The notes under the pieces were generated by a model. That model saw only the letters and a program-made list of their open reading frames with translations. It ran no database searches and had not been told where the DNA came from. From Amoebophrya sp. A120 (lineage: Eukaryota > Protista > Dinoflagellata): 64,000 nucleotides of DNA. The DNA lies in NCBI GenBank assembly GCA_905178155.1, contig CAJINV010000009.1, forward strand, positions 1,680,906 through 1,744,905, read 5' to 3'. Below, one piece after another: positions 26,001 to 36,822 of the stretch (its first letter is position 1; each line of letters begins with the position of its first letter). The translations under genes and the position numbers were made by a program.

Positions 26001-29000
26001 TCATTCGTTACCATGCCATCAACAAAACTTTCGACACCGTAGATCTTCTCATTCGTGGCTCTGTCGTTCACCTCCCTTTGCATTCCTGGGACTATCTTGC
26101 CCACGAATACGTTTTTTATCCACAGCCTCAACCTCTCGATCGCGACAAAATCCTGACAGGGATGGGCACCGCGGGGGGGAATATGAGTGTTCGAATTTGT
26201 CGTGGTCGACGCGGCAGCAGCTGGAGTGGCGGAAGTCTTCCGCACACTAACTCGGGTACTGTTTCTTGCTCCAGAAGATGTCGGTGAGTCTGAGTCTGTG
26301 CTCTTTTTTCTCCGTTCTTGTTTTCTCCTCGTCCCTCTGTAGCGTATCTTCGGGGGCGTCAGCGGATGAGTACTTACCAGTCCCACTTCCCCATCGGTCT
26401 CCGGCCCGTGGTGGAAATACCAAAGCTTGATGCGCAAATAAACTTGCTCGTCGATGCAGTTTTCCACGATGGTGAATTCGATGTCGCGGTATCCACAGTA
26501 AATTTCCCGTACACGTACAAAATGCATGACAAATTCCGCTAACTTGCAGTGTGCAACTTGTCATGCTAGACTGGGATTGAAGGCAAGTTTTGTCATGCAG
26601 AGACTGCATTTGTACGTGTACGGGAAATTTACTGTGGATACGCGGTCGAGCATGCCGCTGGCCGCAGGTCGTTGTTCTTTCGTTTCCAGCCCCTCTTCCC
26701 TTCCAAAAAGCCGGGGATCCATCTCCTCCTTCTTTCCCGTCCCATCTTTCTGCTTTCCAACCAGAAGCTCTTCCTCCAGTTCGATCCCGCGTCTGGTTCC
26801 TGTGAGACCCACCCACCGCCGATGATTTGTAATGGCTTTCAGCATCTCGGTGATGGCTGCCGATTTAGCATCCCGGTTCTTCAACTTCGAGTTTCTCCAT
26901 GGGGAGGGGCATCCCAACCTATGCAATGTAGACTGCATCGCAGCCACACTAACTTCTAGCATATAAAAAGCGTCTCTGAAAAAATGATAATCGAAATTTT
27001 TCTATGATCGAAAATGGATGTTGCTATGCAGGAAGAAGAAGATTCACATCATGCAGGAACAGCAAAGCATAGCTGCCCTGCTGATTTGTTTTCGCATTTC
27101 GTACGAGTGCGATGCAGCATTTGCAGAGGATAAAAACCGGTCCCCAACAACATCCCGAGCATGATTGTGTGATCATGGAGATTCCGGCCTAGTTCGACGT
27201 GTTCTCTGTTCTTGCCAAAGGCAGGGAGCAACGGAAGCAGGCCGGGAACTCGCACAAGGTGTTTGAATCGACCTAGGCCGGACCTTTGTAGGAATAGGGA
27301 GGCTATGCATTGCAAAAGTATGGCATTCGCATTCCCACTCGCATCTACAGAAACTGGAATGGCATTTATATCTGATCAGCACATAATGATAATTTTGTCA
27401 AAAGCCAAGGTGGAGAAAAGGAACTTGCAATGCGCACTCGACTACGCCTCCATGAAAGTTCTTTGGCACCAGTGCCGCAAGTAGCTTCAGGCGCAGGACG
27501 AGATCTACTGTACGGTGCTCAGAACCGCGAATGAAATACGTCGCGAGGAAGTATGTTCTCACTCCAGCGCACTTCGTATCTTCTGCTGCAGACGTTGACG
27601 TGCTATGAGCTTAGAGCAGAGATCTGATGTCATGCATCGGTGCAATTCAGTACGTAGAAGTATGAAGATGAGCGTACGACTGCGATGCTACAACTTTGTT
27701 TTGCACCGGATATGGGTGTAAACGGTGCCTGCTGCGATAATAACTTCTCGACGCGCCAGGAAGATTTTGCGGCGGTGGATGTTTGGGTTCAAGGAAGAGC
27801 TCTCCAGCTCATACCCAGCCTGAATACTTTGCAAAAGCATCTCGCTGGAGTTGAAGCGGCCGATCGAGTTGCGGTGCTTCAGGGGAAGGCACGAAACGCC
27901 GCGGGCACGCAATTTATCATTTTCCGCCCCGATAAAATTTTCATTTTGGTCCACAATCAGTCTGTCAGCCATGCAACCGGTGTAGATTTTCACCCGTCCG
28001 CTCTGAACGTGATTCTCCGCCACGTAATCATGCCAAGCTGACACGAATTTCTGGTAGAACTTGTCATTCCAAAAAACGTCAGGAAGCTGTTCGTGGTGCG
28101 GCATCGGGGAGTTGCGATTCGAGAAGGCGTCTTTGGCAGCGTGCAAGCGGGTGAGTGGCTTACGCTTTTCGGCGAACGGAGGGATGATTACGCCGCCGAA
28201 GTAGGCTTTTGAGGGAGGTGCGCTAGCACCGTCGTCAGCTGTCGTGTCGCTTTTCAGCAGTTTATTTTCCTCTTCACTTTTTAATATCCCCTTTTCTTGT
28301 CCTTCTCCTTTCTTTTCATCTTTTCCTTGTTTCCCCAAGCTCCTCACTTGCTCGTAGTCCCCCAGATACCGCATTTCCGGTGAGCTCCAGGTTTTCAATT
28401 GCCTAAATAACGATCGGAGAACCGGCCCCAGATTCTTCTCTTCTTTGGGGACATTCATGCACAGGCTGGTTTTCTGGTCAAGCTCGTCCGCGAAGCGCCG
28501 GACCAGGGCGGGGTCCCATGTGCCGAAGTCCGTCCATTCGTTTCCCCTTTGCCAGCCCCTGCCGTTGACCGCGGAACTGCCCCCAACAGCTTTACCGAAA
28601 ATGTAGTCGAAGTGGGTCGCTGCGGCATAGATCCGATTGACAAAATAGTCTTCCTCATTAGTCCCCCCAGTATCCATCCGGCTGTGCTCGAACGGAGAGG
28701 CTCCTTTGGTGTTGACGAGAAGAGAAGTACTATCTTCAATTCTTGACGTCGAGGATGGAGCAAGGCCATCTTGATCTACTTCTGTTTGTTGCACGCCGTG
28801 TCCCGCCGATTCCGAATCGAGATTCGCCGTTCTTTCCGGGTCCTCCTCGGAGCGTCCGAACACTTTTGTTTCGCTGGGTTCCTGGCCCGCTTCTATGACT
28901 GCGATGGTCTCCTGTGGCCACTTTCGCTTCAAGTAGTCGGCTAGGAACGCCGTTGCTGTGGCCCCTCCCGAGCCAGATCCGATTATCACGTAATCTGCTA

Positions 29001-29460
29001 CTTGGACGTCAACGGCATCCGACAGTTGTATTTGGTCATCTGGGATGCCCTCGACGCCGAGAAGGTTGCCTACTCGGGTGTCGGTGGACGGGCCCTGGCT
29101 TCGACTATGATTTGGATCTCCACCTGCCGAGTTAGCCACCGCACGTTGACCGCCCCAGCTTCCCACAAAGCGTTCGCTGTCCCAGTACGCAGCGGAGAGA
29201 GCATTCGCGTTCCACAGGTTGGCCTCTTCCTCTCCCTCTGCTACCTCGTCTTTCTGCAGCACGCAACAGAGATGAAAATTGTAGCGGTGGTCCCAGCACT
29301 TCGGATTGCCCTTGGGTCCGTAAGCCTCCTGATCACAGCAAAACTCATAGTCAAAACCCGCATGCCAGCAACGGGGGACTTTTAGGTCTTGAGCGTAGAG
29401 TGGCTGCGGCAGCACAACACCGAGAATTGGTAGAAACGAGAACGACGACGACCGCGGCAT
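23036..29460 (-). CDS. secreted GMC (glucose-methanol-choline) oxidoreductase fused to a C-terminal aldo/keto reductase
   Basis: Signal peptide; GMC motifs DYVIIGSGSGG, GKAVGGSSAVNG, REVIIAAG, LQRSGLG, LGRNLHDH, HFSGTCRMG, NARVADMSV; AKR motifs HIDSAVMY, EVFITTKI, DYIDLVYLHHP, GRIRHAGVSSF, QLEFHP, VAYGSLG, IIPRSSNPDRI, LSDFEIEILD; one junction (~26976-27100) unresolved. Confidence 0.85.
23238..23544. mobile_element. introner-like TIR element, family C, 307 bp
   Basis: tatgga.g.gtcag..ttgaaatcg.caaagttgaaataatttgt.atgcataaaatg TIR; DR actcg; removal gives SGDE|WRRDE. Confidence 0.93.
23621..23926. mobile_element. introner-like TIR element, family C, 306 bp
   Basis: tatgga.gtgtc.g.atcgaaat.gacaaaatcgaaaaa TIR; DR gagag; removal gives AALS|DFEIE. 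Confidence 0.93.
25720..25777 (-). other. 58-nt non-canonical mini-intron bounded by a 5-bp direct repeat
   Basis: DR tacat at 25715-25719 and 25773-25777; removal joins two overlapping GMC ORFs in frame (ERALMY|RCKCN). Confidence 0.65.
26490..26640. mobile_element. introner-like TIR element, family E, 151 bp
   Basis: Perfect 32-bp TIR tatccacagtaaatttcccgtacacgtacaaa; DR cgcgg; removal gives MLDR|DIEF. Confidence 0.95.
27304..27712. mobile_element. degenerate introner-like element, 409 bp
   Basis: Ends tatgcattgcaaaa / ttttgcaccggata; DR decayed; removing 414 nt rebuilds GMC motif AAGTVYTxLFLQRSGLG with the expected spacing. Confidence 0.65.
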
Positions 29461-30038
29461 ATTCTTTTGCACGGGTTCGAGTGCTACGCTTAGTTATGGC
29501 GTTCGCACGGTTGCAAGGGAAATAGGTCACGCTCACGACATTTTGATTTGTTTATTTAAATGCACCTGTTCTTGATAATCGAGTGTCACCATGCAAATGC
29601 ATGGTAAAGAGGAGAATGGTACTATTAAACAATACCTTCTACACTCGTCAAAAATTCTCTCAACACTCGTCACAATTGAAATTCTAGTAAAGCTGAACAA
29701 GAAAAGCAAAAATGATCGTCGATTCCGCGTCCTTACAGTCAACAACTGCACAAGGCTTAGAAAAACAGACCTTGGCTTCGCCTTCGATCAACATGTACGA
29801 ATTTCTTATCTGTGCTTTTCACATAAACCATCATCTTTGTCGTGCTTGTCGTTGTCGCCTGTGTCTTTCAGAGCAAGTAGTAACAACATCAAAAAATAAG
29901 GATCGCTTCGACGGAAAGATCATTACATCTAAATCGAGGAATCGGAGCTTAAGCTTAAGTACCAATGTGGATGATTATCATGTTCTGCAGAGTTGTGCTT
30001 TTCGTTCGCTGACCGAGTCAGAGGTCGCGTGGCATCCT

Positions 30039-32192
30039 TTAGTGATCCAGCAGAATGAGACGATGCAGAATGCCAAGCTCGGCTGTCCACTCTGCGAAAG
30101 CATCGGCGTCTTCCGCATCCTCAATTCGTTTCCGGAGTTCTACGTCTAAATCTTGCAAGCCCGGCGTCCGGCTCAAGGCTACTAGCTGCGGACATGGAGG
30201 AGCCTTGAGGATCTGTGTAGAGCTTCCGCCTCGCCGTTCAACGTCTTCATCAAGAGGCGCTTGAGAACGCTCCTCTGCATATGGTACCTCTATGCTCGTC
30301 GCGTCTTGGGGACTCGATGGCTCCACGTGGTTGCAAATGGCACGGAGAAGCTGACGCCTCATCGCGTCTGAGGTGAGCAAGTCGAAAAGCCCAGCGTGCA
30401 CTGGCAACCGGATGAAAAAGGTGTTTTGGACTGTCACTGTGACTGCTAGTCCTGTTCGTGCCAGCAATGGCACGAAGCGGGGCCACTTCGCTGGAACGGA
30501 GGGGCTCACGACCAACTTATCGGCAAGAAATCGTTTCCAGTGCTGCTCCGAGAGGTAGTGCACGGGTGGAGAGACAAATGTGCGGTAGTGCACACAGCAA
30601 GCTACTAGCAATTCCACAAATTCTGGCAGATCGGATTGCAGATCTCCAGCGCCGTTGTCGCGCTGCTCGAAAGCGGCCTGTTGTCGTCTGTTTTGATCGT
30701 CTTCTTTTAGCTTTTCTTTTTCTGTCGTTTGGGGTAATTCTGTAGATTTGTTGGCGCCACCAACACCGTCTTCTAGTGGCTTAGGCTTAGCATGATCACT
30801 CTCCTGCTCGCCCCGGTCATCCAGCGTCTGTCTCAGTAGCCGCACCAGAAGTACCACAATCGAACAAACGGCTGTGCTTCCGTTCTCATCCAGATTGCGG
30901 GTAGCATACACACCTTCGCAGGGAAGAAAACCCGGGCGCCGCGACAAAAGTATAAGCGCCTCTCGCAACGTGCGAAACTTTGCCGCTCCGTGGAGCCGTA
31001 GGAGGCTGGCCTTCTCCTTCTGCCAGGCCTCTTCCCCATATTCTTCTCTAAAAGGATCCAGCGAGGAGATCCCCGCGAACGCTTCGTCTGTATAATTATG
31101 CCCGCCTTCTTGATGTTGTTCGACTGTCGCTGCCGCGAGGGTCCTTTCCGGTAGTGGGATTGCATAGGCTCGGGCATCTCCTGGAGCGCTTCCTGCCTGG
31201 CCGTCAGACTCGATGCGCGAGCAGTAGAACACAACGCTGCGACATTTGGTACACAGCTTACCCAGAAACGCGAGCCGCTCCTCAAGTTGCTGCATGTACT
31301 TGTGATTCTGGCCACGACGATCACATGCAGGGTTGCCTGTCGCGGAATCCTCATCTTGAGTATGACCGCGAAGGTTCGAAGCGTTGACGAAGTAAACGAG
31401 CTTCGTGACCTTCTGGAGCACACGGAAGCTCTCCTGCACCTGGAGATCACGCATGTGGTTTCCCGACGGGTTCTGGTGCAGCTGAGTGGCGGCGGAGGTA
31501 GCACTTTTGTTCATATCATTCTCGGACCGGTTCGTCCCACAGGCCCTTTGGCCACCATACTCGCAGTTGTTCCTCCCTCCAAGTGCGGCCATCATGCGAT
31601 CGAGGTGGTCGCCTCCGATTTCGTGAAACCGCAACTGCACGAAACTAGTGTCCACACTCAGAGGCGGCCGCACCTCAACGTCAAACTCCGCGGCAAAGAA
31701 AGCGAAGGCTTCCGCCGTGAGAACCGCGGTGGCAGTACCCAAATCCGTGTCCAGGTAAGGCGGTTCATCGCACAGCTGCTTTATTGCGGCCTCCTGCTCT
31801 TTCTGTTCTTCATCCTCTACATGACGAGCTGCATCTAGCGGCTGATCCCCGGTTTCAGGATGGTGTGGTATATCAGCGCCTTGGTGCGGCCGTCCGTGTT
31901 CATCTTGGTCGTGGTCCGAACTAGTGTGGTAACAGCGATTTACAAAGCTGCTTGTGATCGTGGGTAGAAAGGACTGCAGGCGCGTGAAAGACACATCCTG
32001 GAAGCGGGAAAAGCTGTGCAGGAAGGTCGACTTGCCGGCGTTCTGGTCCCCGATTACCAGAAACGAAAAGGTCCGCGTTTCCATGGACGCGTCGTCGTCG
32101 TCATCGCTTGGAACTTCCTCATCATGCAGTTCATGTTGCCGGTACGCGAACCGCTGCTCCGTGGCGGCCCGTCCTCTCTCGACAGGATACAT
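30039..32192 (-). CDS. hypothetical P-loop (small-GTPase-like) domain protein, 717 aa
   Basis: Long uninterrupted ORF; FSFLVIGDQNAGKSTF (G1), FHEIGG (G3-like). Confidence 0.75.
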   Translation of the reverse strand: MYPVERGRAATEQRFAYRQHELHDEEVPSDDDDDASMETRTFSFLVIGDQNAGKSTFLHSFSRFQDVSFTRLQSFLPTITSSFVNRCYHTSSDHDQDEHGRPHQGADIPHHPETGDQPLDAARHVEDEEQKEQEAAIKQLCDEPPYLDTDLGTATAVLTAEAFAFFAAEFDVEVRPPLSVDTSFVQLRFHEIGGDHLDRMMAALGGRNNCEYGGQRACGTNRSENDMNKSATSAATQLHQNPSGNHMRDLQVQESFRVLQKVTKLVYFVNASNLRGHTQDEDSATGNPACDRRGQNHKYMQQLEERLAFLGKLCTKCRSVVFYCSRIESDGQAGSAPGDARAYAIPLPERTLAAATVEQHQEGGHNYTDEAFAGISSLDPFREEYGEEAWQKEKASLLRLHGAAKFRTLREALILLSRRPGFLPCEGVYATRNLDENGSTAVCSIVVLLVRLLRQTLDDRGEQESDHAKPKPLEDGVGGANKSTELPQTTEKEKLKEDDQNRRQQAAFEQRDNGAGDLQSDLPEFVELLVACCVHYRTFVSPPVHYLSEQHWKRFLADKLVVSPSVPAKWPRFVPLLARTGLAVTVTVQNTFFIRLPVHAGLFDLLTSDAMRRQLLRAICNHVEPSSPQDATSIEVPYAEERSQAPLDEDVERRGGSSTQILKAPPCPQLVALSRTPGLQDLDVELRKRIEDAEDADAFAEWTAELGILHRLILLDH

Positions 32193-33130
32193 CCGAGCGG
32201 GACCGCCACCTTAAGGGTGGACCGCTTAGCAAGCGGTTGCTACAAAGATGTGCTCTTATTGCTTACTACTAGTGGACTAAAGTGAATGTACATCGGGATA
32301 ATCCACCAGCACGTCCCGAAAAACTTTAAAACTGAAGAAACTGGAGCGTAAGCAGTGGTGCGAGGCAGCTCTAAAGGTGCAAATCTTTCGCACGGGCACG
32401 GGGGGTGGCGTACTACGCAGAGACAAATGAAGAACAGCCAAGTGGTAAAAGAAATGATTGCGAATGCTAAGTGCTAATGTAAATGCGTGGCGGGGGGGGG
32501 AGAACTAGAAGAAGGGCGTAGCGGCCACTGTCGTGTTTGCTTCGCAGACCCAGACTTCAGAAAAAGATTTCCTCCACTATCACCACCATTAGAAATGATC
32601 ATTGATCTGCAAGTTTTGGATCGGGGATTGCCGTGGCCCCGGTGCAGATCTTTCAAACCTAGATCTGCTTTTACTCTTGCTGCCTTTTTTCGCTTCACCA
32701 GATATTCAGCAACATATGCTTCGAAATGGAAATATTTTCTGTGTCGATCTATCACGACTACGAACTTCATATTTAATGAGGCCTCGTAAAATTGAATACT
32801 TACACAATACCATGGGAATAATAATAAAGGCACAGAAATCATCTCCGAAAAATGTTCCGCAAGATCTTGCTGGAGAACAAGAAAAGTGTGAACATTGTAG
32901 TTAGAAACCACGTCGACACGGTCCCCATTGACCGCATCCACTAAATCGCGCACATGAGAATTTTGGGGATTCGAATAGATTGATACCGTACTTTGTCAAT
33001 GCCATTTCGATGTTCGTGCTACTTGAAAACTACGGCACGTTCAATGACACGCATACATACTGTCAGCGAGCAAAACATCATGTCGCTTTGATTTCAGGTT
33101 CATGTTCACACTCGTACTTCAGTTTTTTGA

Positions 33131-35101
33131 TTACTGGGGATTTTTGAGGTCGCTCAAGGCGAAGACGTAATCCTCATATGCAGCTGCGGCTTTTGCTTCC
33201 TTTTTTAGTGACCTCCACATACCGACCATCTCCAGCTCGACCTCCTTGCCGGCGTGCACTCGGTCCAGCGTGATATCCTTCAAGGATTGTTCTCTCGCTC
33301 GTCCGTCGCATACGCGTTCCAATAACGGATGGTGGAATTTGAATTTGAGACTTTTTCCATCTGAATTTTCTTGACGATCATCAGTACCATTGTCTTGTCG
33401 TCTTTTCTTGGATGACTTCGAAACTCGAGCTCCGTCAAATTGGGCTCGGACTCTTTTGCCGGAACTCTGCTCATAGATTTTGTCTTCTTCAACTACGTCT
33501 TGAAACGAGCCAGAGGAAAGACTGGACTTTGTTTTTGTAGATGTAGCAGCAGCTACGCCTCCTTTCTTCGCCATCTCTTTGAAGAGTTCGACTTCCTGAA
33601 AGTGAGAGAGTTTTTTCATGACTGGCGGAGCAGATGGAGGTGAGGATGTTGATGATGGAGCTGCTGACGGTCGTGCGGCGGCAGTCCCGCCCTTCCCAGA
33701 AATCGGCATAAGGACAGCGCCGGGTATATCACCACGCTCAACGTTTTCGACTTGCGACCCCTCCATATTAGTGACACTCGCTTCGGTGAGGTGTGGGGCG
33801 TCAGCTGTGGCTTTGCTTTCGCTCCTTGTTCTCGACGTGCGTTCGCGACGGTCGTTGGGGCGTACGGCTCTGGTGGGGGCAAGATCGTTTGATGACCTGT
33901 CTGCATGATCAAGAGGTCGCACGTGGCCCTCGAGAATCAGGATGTCCTCATCTTGTTTTAGATGTGAGTCTTCACTTGCACCAGCAACTGCTGCGTCTGC
34001 GCTTTTTTTCTGGACCTTCTCGGCTCTGCCTTGCACTTGCCGGAGTCTGAGTCTCCTTATCGCATCGCGAACCCCGCCAACTTTGTGAATGGCGTCGTAC
34101 CTAATCTGCTCCTGTTCAGCCTTGTAAGGATCGCGGTGATCGGGAAGATGAGTGCCCGCGTTAAAATTTTGTTCGGTTTCATTATTCTTGCCTTGCGCGT
34201 CGTGTTCGTGTTCGTCATAGTCTTCTAGATCAAGTTCCAGATCGATCTCGTTCTTTTTATGCTTGGCCTTCGGTCTGCTTTTGGCGTCCGCGTCTTCAGA
34301 GGCAGCAAAATCGGAGACAGCGGCAGCTCTTTCGGGTTCCGCGTCTCGGAGCACCGTATCCATCTGTTGAAAAAAATCAGACGATTTTGTCGGCTCCAGT
34401 CCAAAGTCGTTCTGTAACTCCTCTGCGGTCAGATTAAGGAAGAAACCCAGCCCGCCAACATCTACTGCTGTCATGTCATGCTTTGGAAGCCGCTCCGCTT
34501 TATCGCGATCAGTAGAGCTTTTGTGTGCGGCGGCGTCAGCTTCGCCCACGGGCTCTATTTCCTCTTCTTGAAGAACCGAATTGCGATCCTTTTTTTTTCT
34601 TTGGAATTCCCCAAACATGTCACTCGTGACGTCACCATTGGCGAGGCATGTCGCCCATATTCTATCACGAATTGCTTGCCTCGATGCAAGTTTCGCGAGT
34701 TCATCCGCCTTCATCGTCGCTCTAATGTCAGCTTGCTTTTCCGCGCTAGGAACGATTTCGTCCATGCGCTTTTGCAGCGGAATGGAATACTGCTTGGAGG
34801 GGCCACCCCCTTTTGTTACAGTCGGCTGGTACATCGCCTTCATGGTCCGGACCTCAGCGTCCAAGCGAAGGCCGGACCTCTGGGTCGGCTCAGGAGTAGT
34901 GGACGAATTTGCGCTAGATCTGGTGTTGAGCCCCTGATCGTTTGGATTGTGTGACAATCGTATCAAAATTCGCTTCCGGGGTCGGTTTTGGTGGCCGACA
35001 TACACACTAAACACCACAACCCAGTAGCATCCATCGGCTTTGACGACCTCACCAGGAAGCATTTTTTTGCAATGCTTCAACCCCTTTTGCAGTCCACCCA
35101 T
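33131..35101 (-). CDS. hypothetical charged protein (~570-656 aa)
   Basis: 656-codon ORF, D/E/K-rich; true start may be internal (MKAMYQ...). Confidence 0.75.
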   Translation of the reverse strand: MGGLQKGLKHCKKMLPGEVVKADGCYWVVVFSVYVGHQNRPRKRILIRLSHNPNDQGLNTRSSANSSTTPEPTQRSGLRLDAEVRTMKAMYQPTVTKGGGPSKQYSIPLQKRMDEIVPSAEKQADIRATMKADELAKLASRQAIRDRIWATCLANGDVTSDMFGEFQRKKKDRNSVLQEEEIEPVGEADAAAHKSSTDRDKAERLPKHDMTAVDVGGLGFFLNLTAEELQNDFGLEPTKSSDFFQQMDTVLRDAEPERAAAVSDFAASEDADAKSRPKAKHKKNEIDLELDLEDYDEHEHDAQGKNNETEQNFNAGTHLPDHRDPYKAEQEQIRYDAIHKVGGVRDAIRRLRLRQVQGRAEKVQKKSADAAVAGASEDSHLKQDEDILILEGHVRPLDHADRSSNDLAPTRAVRPNDRRERTSRTRSESKATADAPHLTEASVTNMEGSQVENVERGDIPGAVLMPISGKGGTAAARPSAAPSSTSSPPSAPPVMKKLSHFQEVELFKEMAKKGGVAAATSTKTKSSLSSGSFQDVVEEDKIYEQSSGKRVRAQFDGARVSKSSKKRRQDNGTDDRQENSDGKSLKFKFHHPLLERVCDGRAREQSLKDITLDRVHAGKEVELEMVGMWRSLKKEAKAAAAYEDYVFALSDLKNPQ

Positions 35102-35217
35102 CGTGCCTGATTAGTATATGTCGCAACCGTGCCGGCGGAAAGGAGCCACAAAATTCAATTGCGAGCACGAACTAAATTGTTTATACAAGAACTCGACGTC
35201 GATAATTATATTATTTA

Positions 35218-36056
35218 CAGAATATATTAACTAGCAAAATTTTGGCACTTTTACCAATATGACATATGACAATATTACAATATGTCAATATGACCAGTGA
35301 TTTTTGAGCAATATGACCGGAGTCATCGGCCTCGGGGACCGGAAGATGACCTGACGCGCAGCGTCCGTCGCATGCAGTAACAGGCCATCTTCGCTCCCCG
35401 ACTAATGCGGTGGCGATAACGTCCGGCGGTCGATAGCCGGCCGCCCACCGTTAGCCAGCTGCCTTGCAACGCAAGGGCTCCGCCCCGGATGCCCACTCGT
35501 CGCCGCGAGTCCCCTAGGAGACCAACAGACGCAAACTGCTCAAAATTCAGTGTGGTTTTGCCTAGTTTTGCTTTGATTAGCTACCCTTATAAGCAAAAAA
35601 ATTATATATCAGCACAATGCTACTTAGCCAGGTGGTTGGGCGCGAAAATAGCTGCCGAAAAAGCAAGCTGCGCTGATGCTGCGCCTACAACAGCCTACAC
35701 GTTGTTGCAATCGACACGCTAACTGCAAAGACAGTGCCTGTGCCAGCAATAGCGCGCCAGGAGTGCGCTCAAGGCTGTAGGGCGTTGCCAACATGTTCGG
35801 GAGACAAACCTAGGAGGCGCCTAGTTGGTATCTGCACAAACTGCACAGCGGCGCGCGCGGTCCTAAAGACCGCACAGTCCGCAAGCAGTTCGGACAGGAC
35901 CAATTTTCACGCGAGGGGCTGCCGCGAGCAATATGCAATATGACAATATGACAATATTACAATATGAGAATGCTACTTTTTTGATGTTTCGCTGCGCTGT
36001 CGTTGCCAAGTGTCATATTGAATGATATGTGTCATATTGCTAGTTAATATATTCTG
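35218..36056. mobile_element. intergenic non-autonomous TIR element (MITE), 839 bp
   Basis: Perfect 20-bp TIR cagaatatattaactagcaa; tattta on both flanks; subterminal arrays of caatatga(c)/caatattac. Confidence 0.9.
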
Positions 36057-36822
36057 TATTTAGATTGACATGTACAAGAACGCGTCTCACGATTAATTTT
36101 AATATATCAACATCATGTATCGTGCGGTAGCAGTAGCTTTTCAACATACTCTTACTCCTACTGCCGAGTTATATGCAAGAAAAACATGGAATTGGAAGAG
36201 CGGTCGAAAATAATAAGTCCTAATTGGCAACAAGTGCGTGGAACAGCACGCATAGACCAAGATTGATTTAAAATCAAAACCTTGATCGATCTACTTGTGC
36301 AGGTGGACTCGCACCATTGCGATCTTTCCGATTAGTCAGACCTAGCGTCGGCAACGAACGTGAATGTCAGTGATTTCGATTTGCATTGATTTCAGTGAGC
36401 TAGTAATGGGATCTCGATAATCGTGGTTATCGGCTGCACCACGATTGAACATTTGTCGAACACAGTGGCATATCGACATCAAGATGAATTCCTGATCGTC
36501 GCTTGAAGCAGAGGCCTTGCGGTGGTTTCTTTTCGTCAGTTGGAGGGTGGTCGCCGGGCGTTCCAATGAAAAGTTCCGATCGTCATTGGTCGTGGTTTTC
36601 GAACAGCAGCCTCACTCATCTGCCTCCGCACTACAGCGCAAAGAGCATTATTTTCTATCAGGAACCAAAATGCATGATCGTCAGACTCATTTTGTTCCGA
36701 TCCTGCTTCTGAGCACCAGCTATGTATTCGCATTGCAACGGAAGTTCGGCCGTACCTGTCGAGCTACAGGCTTCATCTGGCGCGACAGCGAGAAGAGAAT
36801 TGAAATGCGTAGCAGTTCATCT

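Noticed and set aside
27025-27071. 47-bp tatgc...gcata segment with a 4/5 flanking repeat as a mini-introner
   Set aside because: Removal leads to a stop codon instead of joining the next GMC exon, so the junction is left unresolved.
32474-32953. 159-aa ORF as a gene
   Set aside because: No motif, ambiguous strand and no supporting evidence.
35255-35320. Short repeat arrays here and at 63881-64000 considered as CRISPR
   Set aside because: No repeat-unique spacer organisation, no cas genes, and a eukaryotic context.
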